This document shows, in pieces, positions 63,403-64,000 of a stretch of 64,000 bases of DNA. Below the pieces are notes generated by a model that worked only from the letters and a program-made list of their open reading frames with translations, had not been told where the DNA came from and did no database searches. The position numbers and the translations under genes were made by a program. How positions within the stretch are numbered: the first letter of the stretch is position 1; every line of letters starts with the position of its first letter. Location: positions 1 to 64,000 of the forward strand of contig JAVKOQ020000041.1 of the NCBI GenBank assembly GCA_031835245.2, written 5' to 3'. Origin of the DNA: Balamuthia mandrillaris. Lineage: Eukaryota.

Positions 63403-64000
63403 TCATGGCCGTTGTTCTGTTTTCGGTTTCCATACTCTTTCTCTGCCTCTTCCACCAACAACTGATGAAGACGAGAAAGGAGGAACACTATTGGTTGAGG
63501 CAGAGGATGTTGACGAAGGGACAGGGCGAGGTTTTCGATGTTGTTGCTGGCGGTGATTCACAAAAGAGCGAGGGGAGGAAGAAGCAAACGGAGGAGGGCG
63601 AGGATGAGAATGAATGGGATGATGAGGAGGATGATGAAGAGGGATATAAGGATGACGAGGAGAACGCAGTCGTGACGACATAGCCCTTCCTCTCCCTCGT
63701 ACTGGAGGAGCGAGATGAGGCTGAGGAGGAGGGCGAGGATAAACCTGATACGATCGAGGGTGATAAGATGACGGTCGACCTGGTGTTGAAATTGATTTCA
63801 TAACAGTTGCTCTTCCTCTTCCCTTTCCTCTTCCTGTTTCTCTTCCTGCAGTAATTTTTCCTCCTTTGTCTTCTTCTTTGTTCTTTCGAGAATGCTCAGT
63901 TGTTTGCGGCCTTCTGTGCAGCAATAACACACCAGAATCCTCTTCATCATCATCTAAAGCTTCTTCATCGCAGTCTTCTTCCCCATCTTCAGATTCCTCT
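63403..64000 (-). CDS. 3' end of an unknown gene (acidic, then RG/Pro/His-rich); partial
   Basis: The frame is open from the window edge (EESEDGEEDCDEE...) to a stop at 63403 and contains RGRGR repeats. Confidence 0.55.
   Translation of the reverse strand, partial: EESEDGEEDCDEEALDDDEEDSGVLLLHRRPQTTEHSRKNKEEDKGGKITAGRETGRGKGRGRATVMKSISTPGRPSSYHPRSYQVYPRPPPQPHLAPPVRGRGRAMSSRLRSPRHPYIPLHHPPHHPIHSHPRPPPFASSSPRSFVNHRQQQHRKPRPVPSSTSSASTNSVPPFSSSSVVGGRGRERVWKPKTEQRP

Noticed and set aside
63405..63683. Acidic 92-aa plus-strand ORF
   Set aside because: Overlaps a longer minus-strand frame open to the window edge and is probably its shadow, though not excluded.

Overview
Gene-dense, intron-rich eukaryotic DNA carrying about 33 protein-coding genes. 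Introns are short (roughly 80-250 nt) and often contain (TC)n or (GA)n microsatellites. A Dictyostelium-type STAT, a Clu-domain protein and this gene architecture suggest a free-living amoebozoan (Acanthamoeba/Balamuthia-like); that is inference only. Recognisable housekeeping genes include RPS20, BRX1, DDX49/DBP8, mitochondrial EF-Ts, sulfite oxidase, endonuclease V, CutC, Arp10, an ERGIC/Erv46 protein, a mitochondrial carrier, a Zn-dependent dehydrogenase, a PLP aminotransferase and two sulfotransferases. The most interesting items are: (1) an apparently intact 2.5-kb PIF/Harbinger-like transposon (20067-22560) with TIRs, a probable AAT target-site duplication, a DDE transposase and a Myb protein whose C-terminus reads like an alpha-crystallin/Hsp20 domain; (2) a protein of three BCP/PrxQ peroxiredoxin domains lacking the peroxidatic Cys, ending in an NLS-like motif and CaaX box; (3) an intronless Dps-like gene with substituted ferroxidase ligands; (4) a secreted pentapeptide-repeat protein with mirrored ends; (5) a 10-bp motif, YGACGACAYG, seen eight times, always upstream of genes. 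All family calls are by eye, and multi-exon genes are given as start-to-stop spans.
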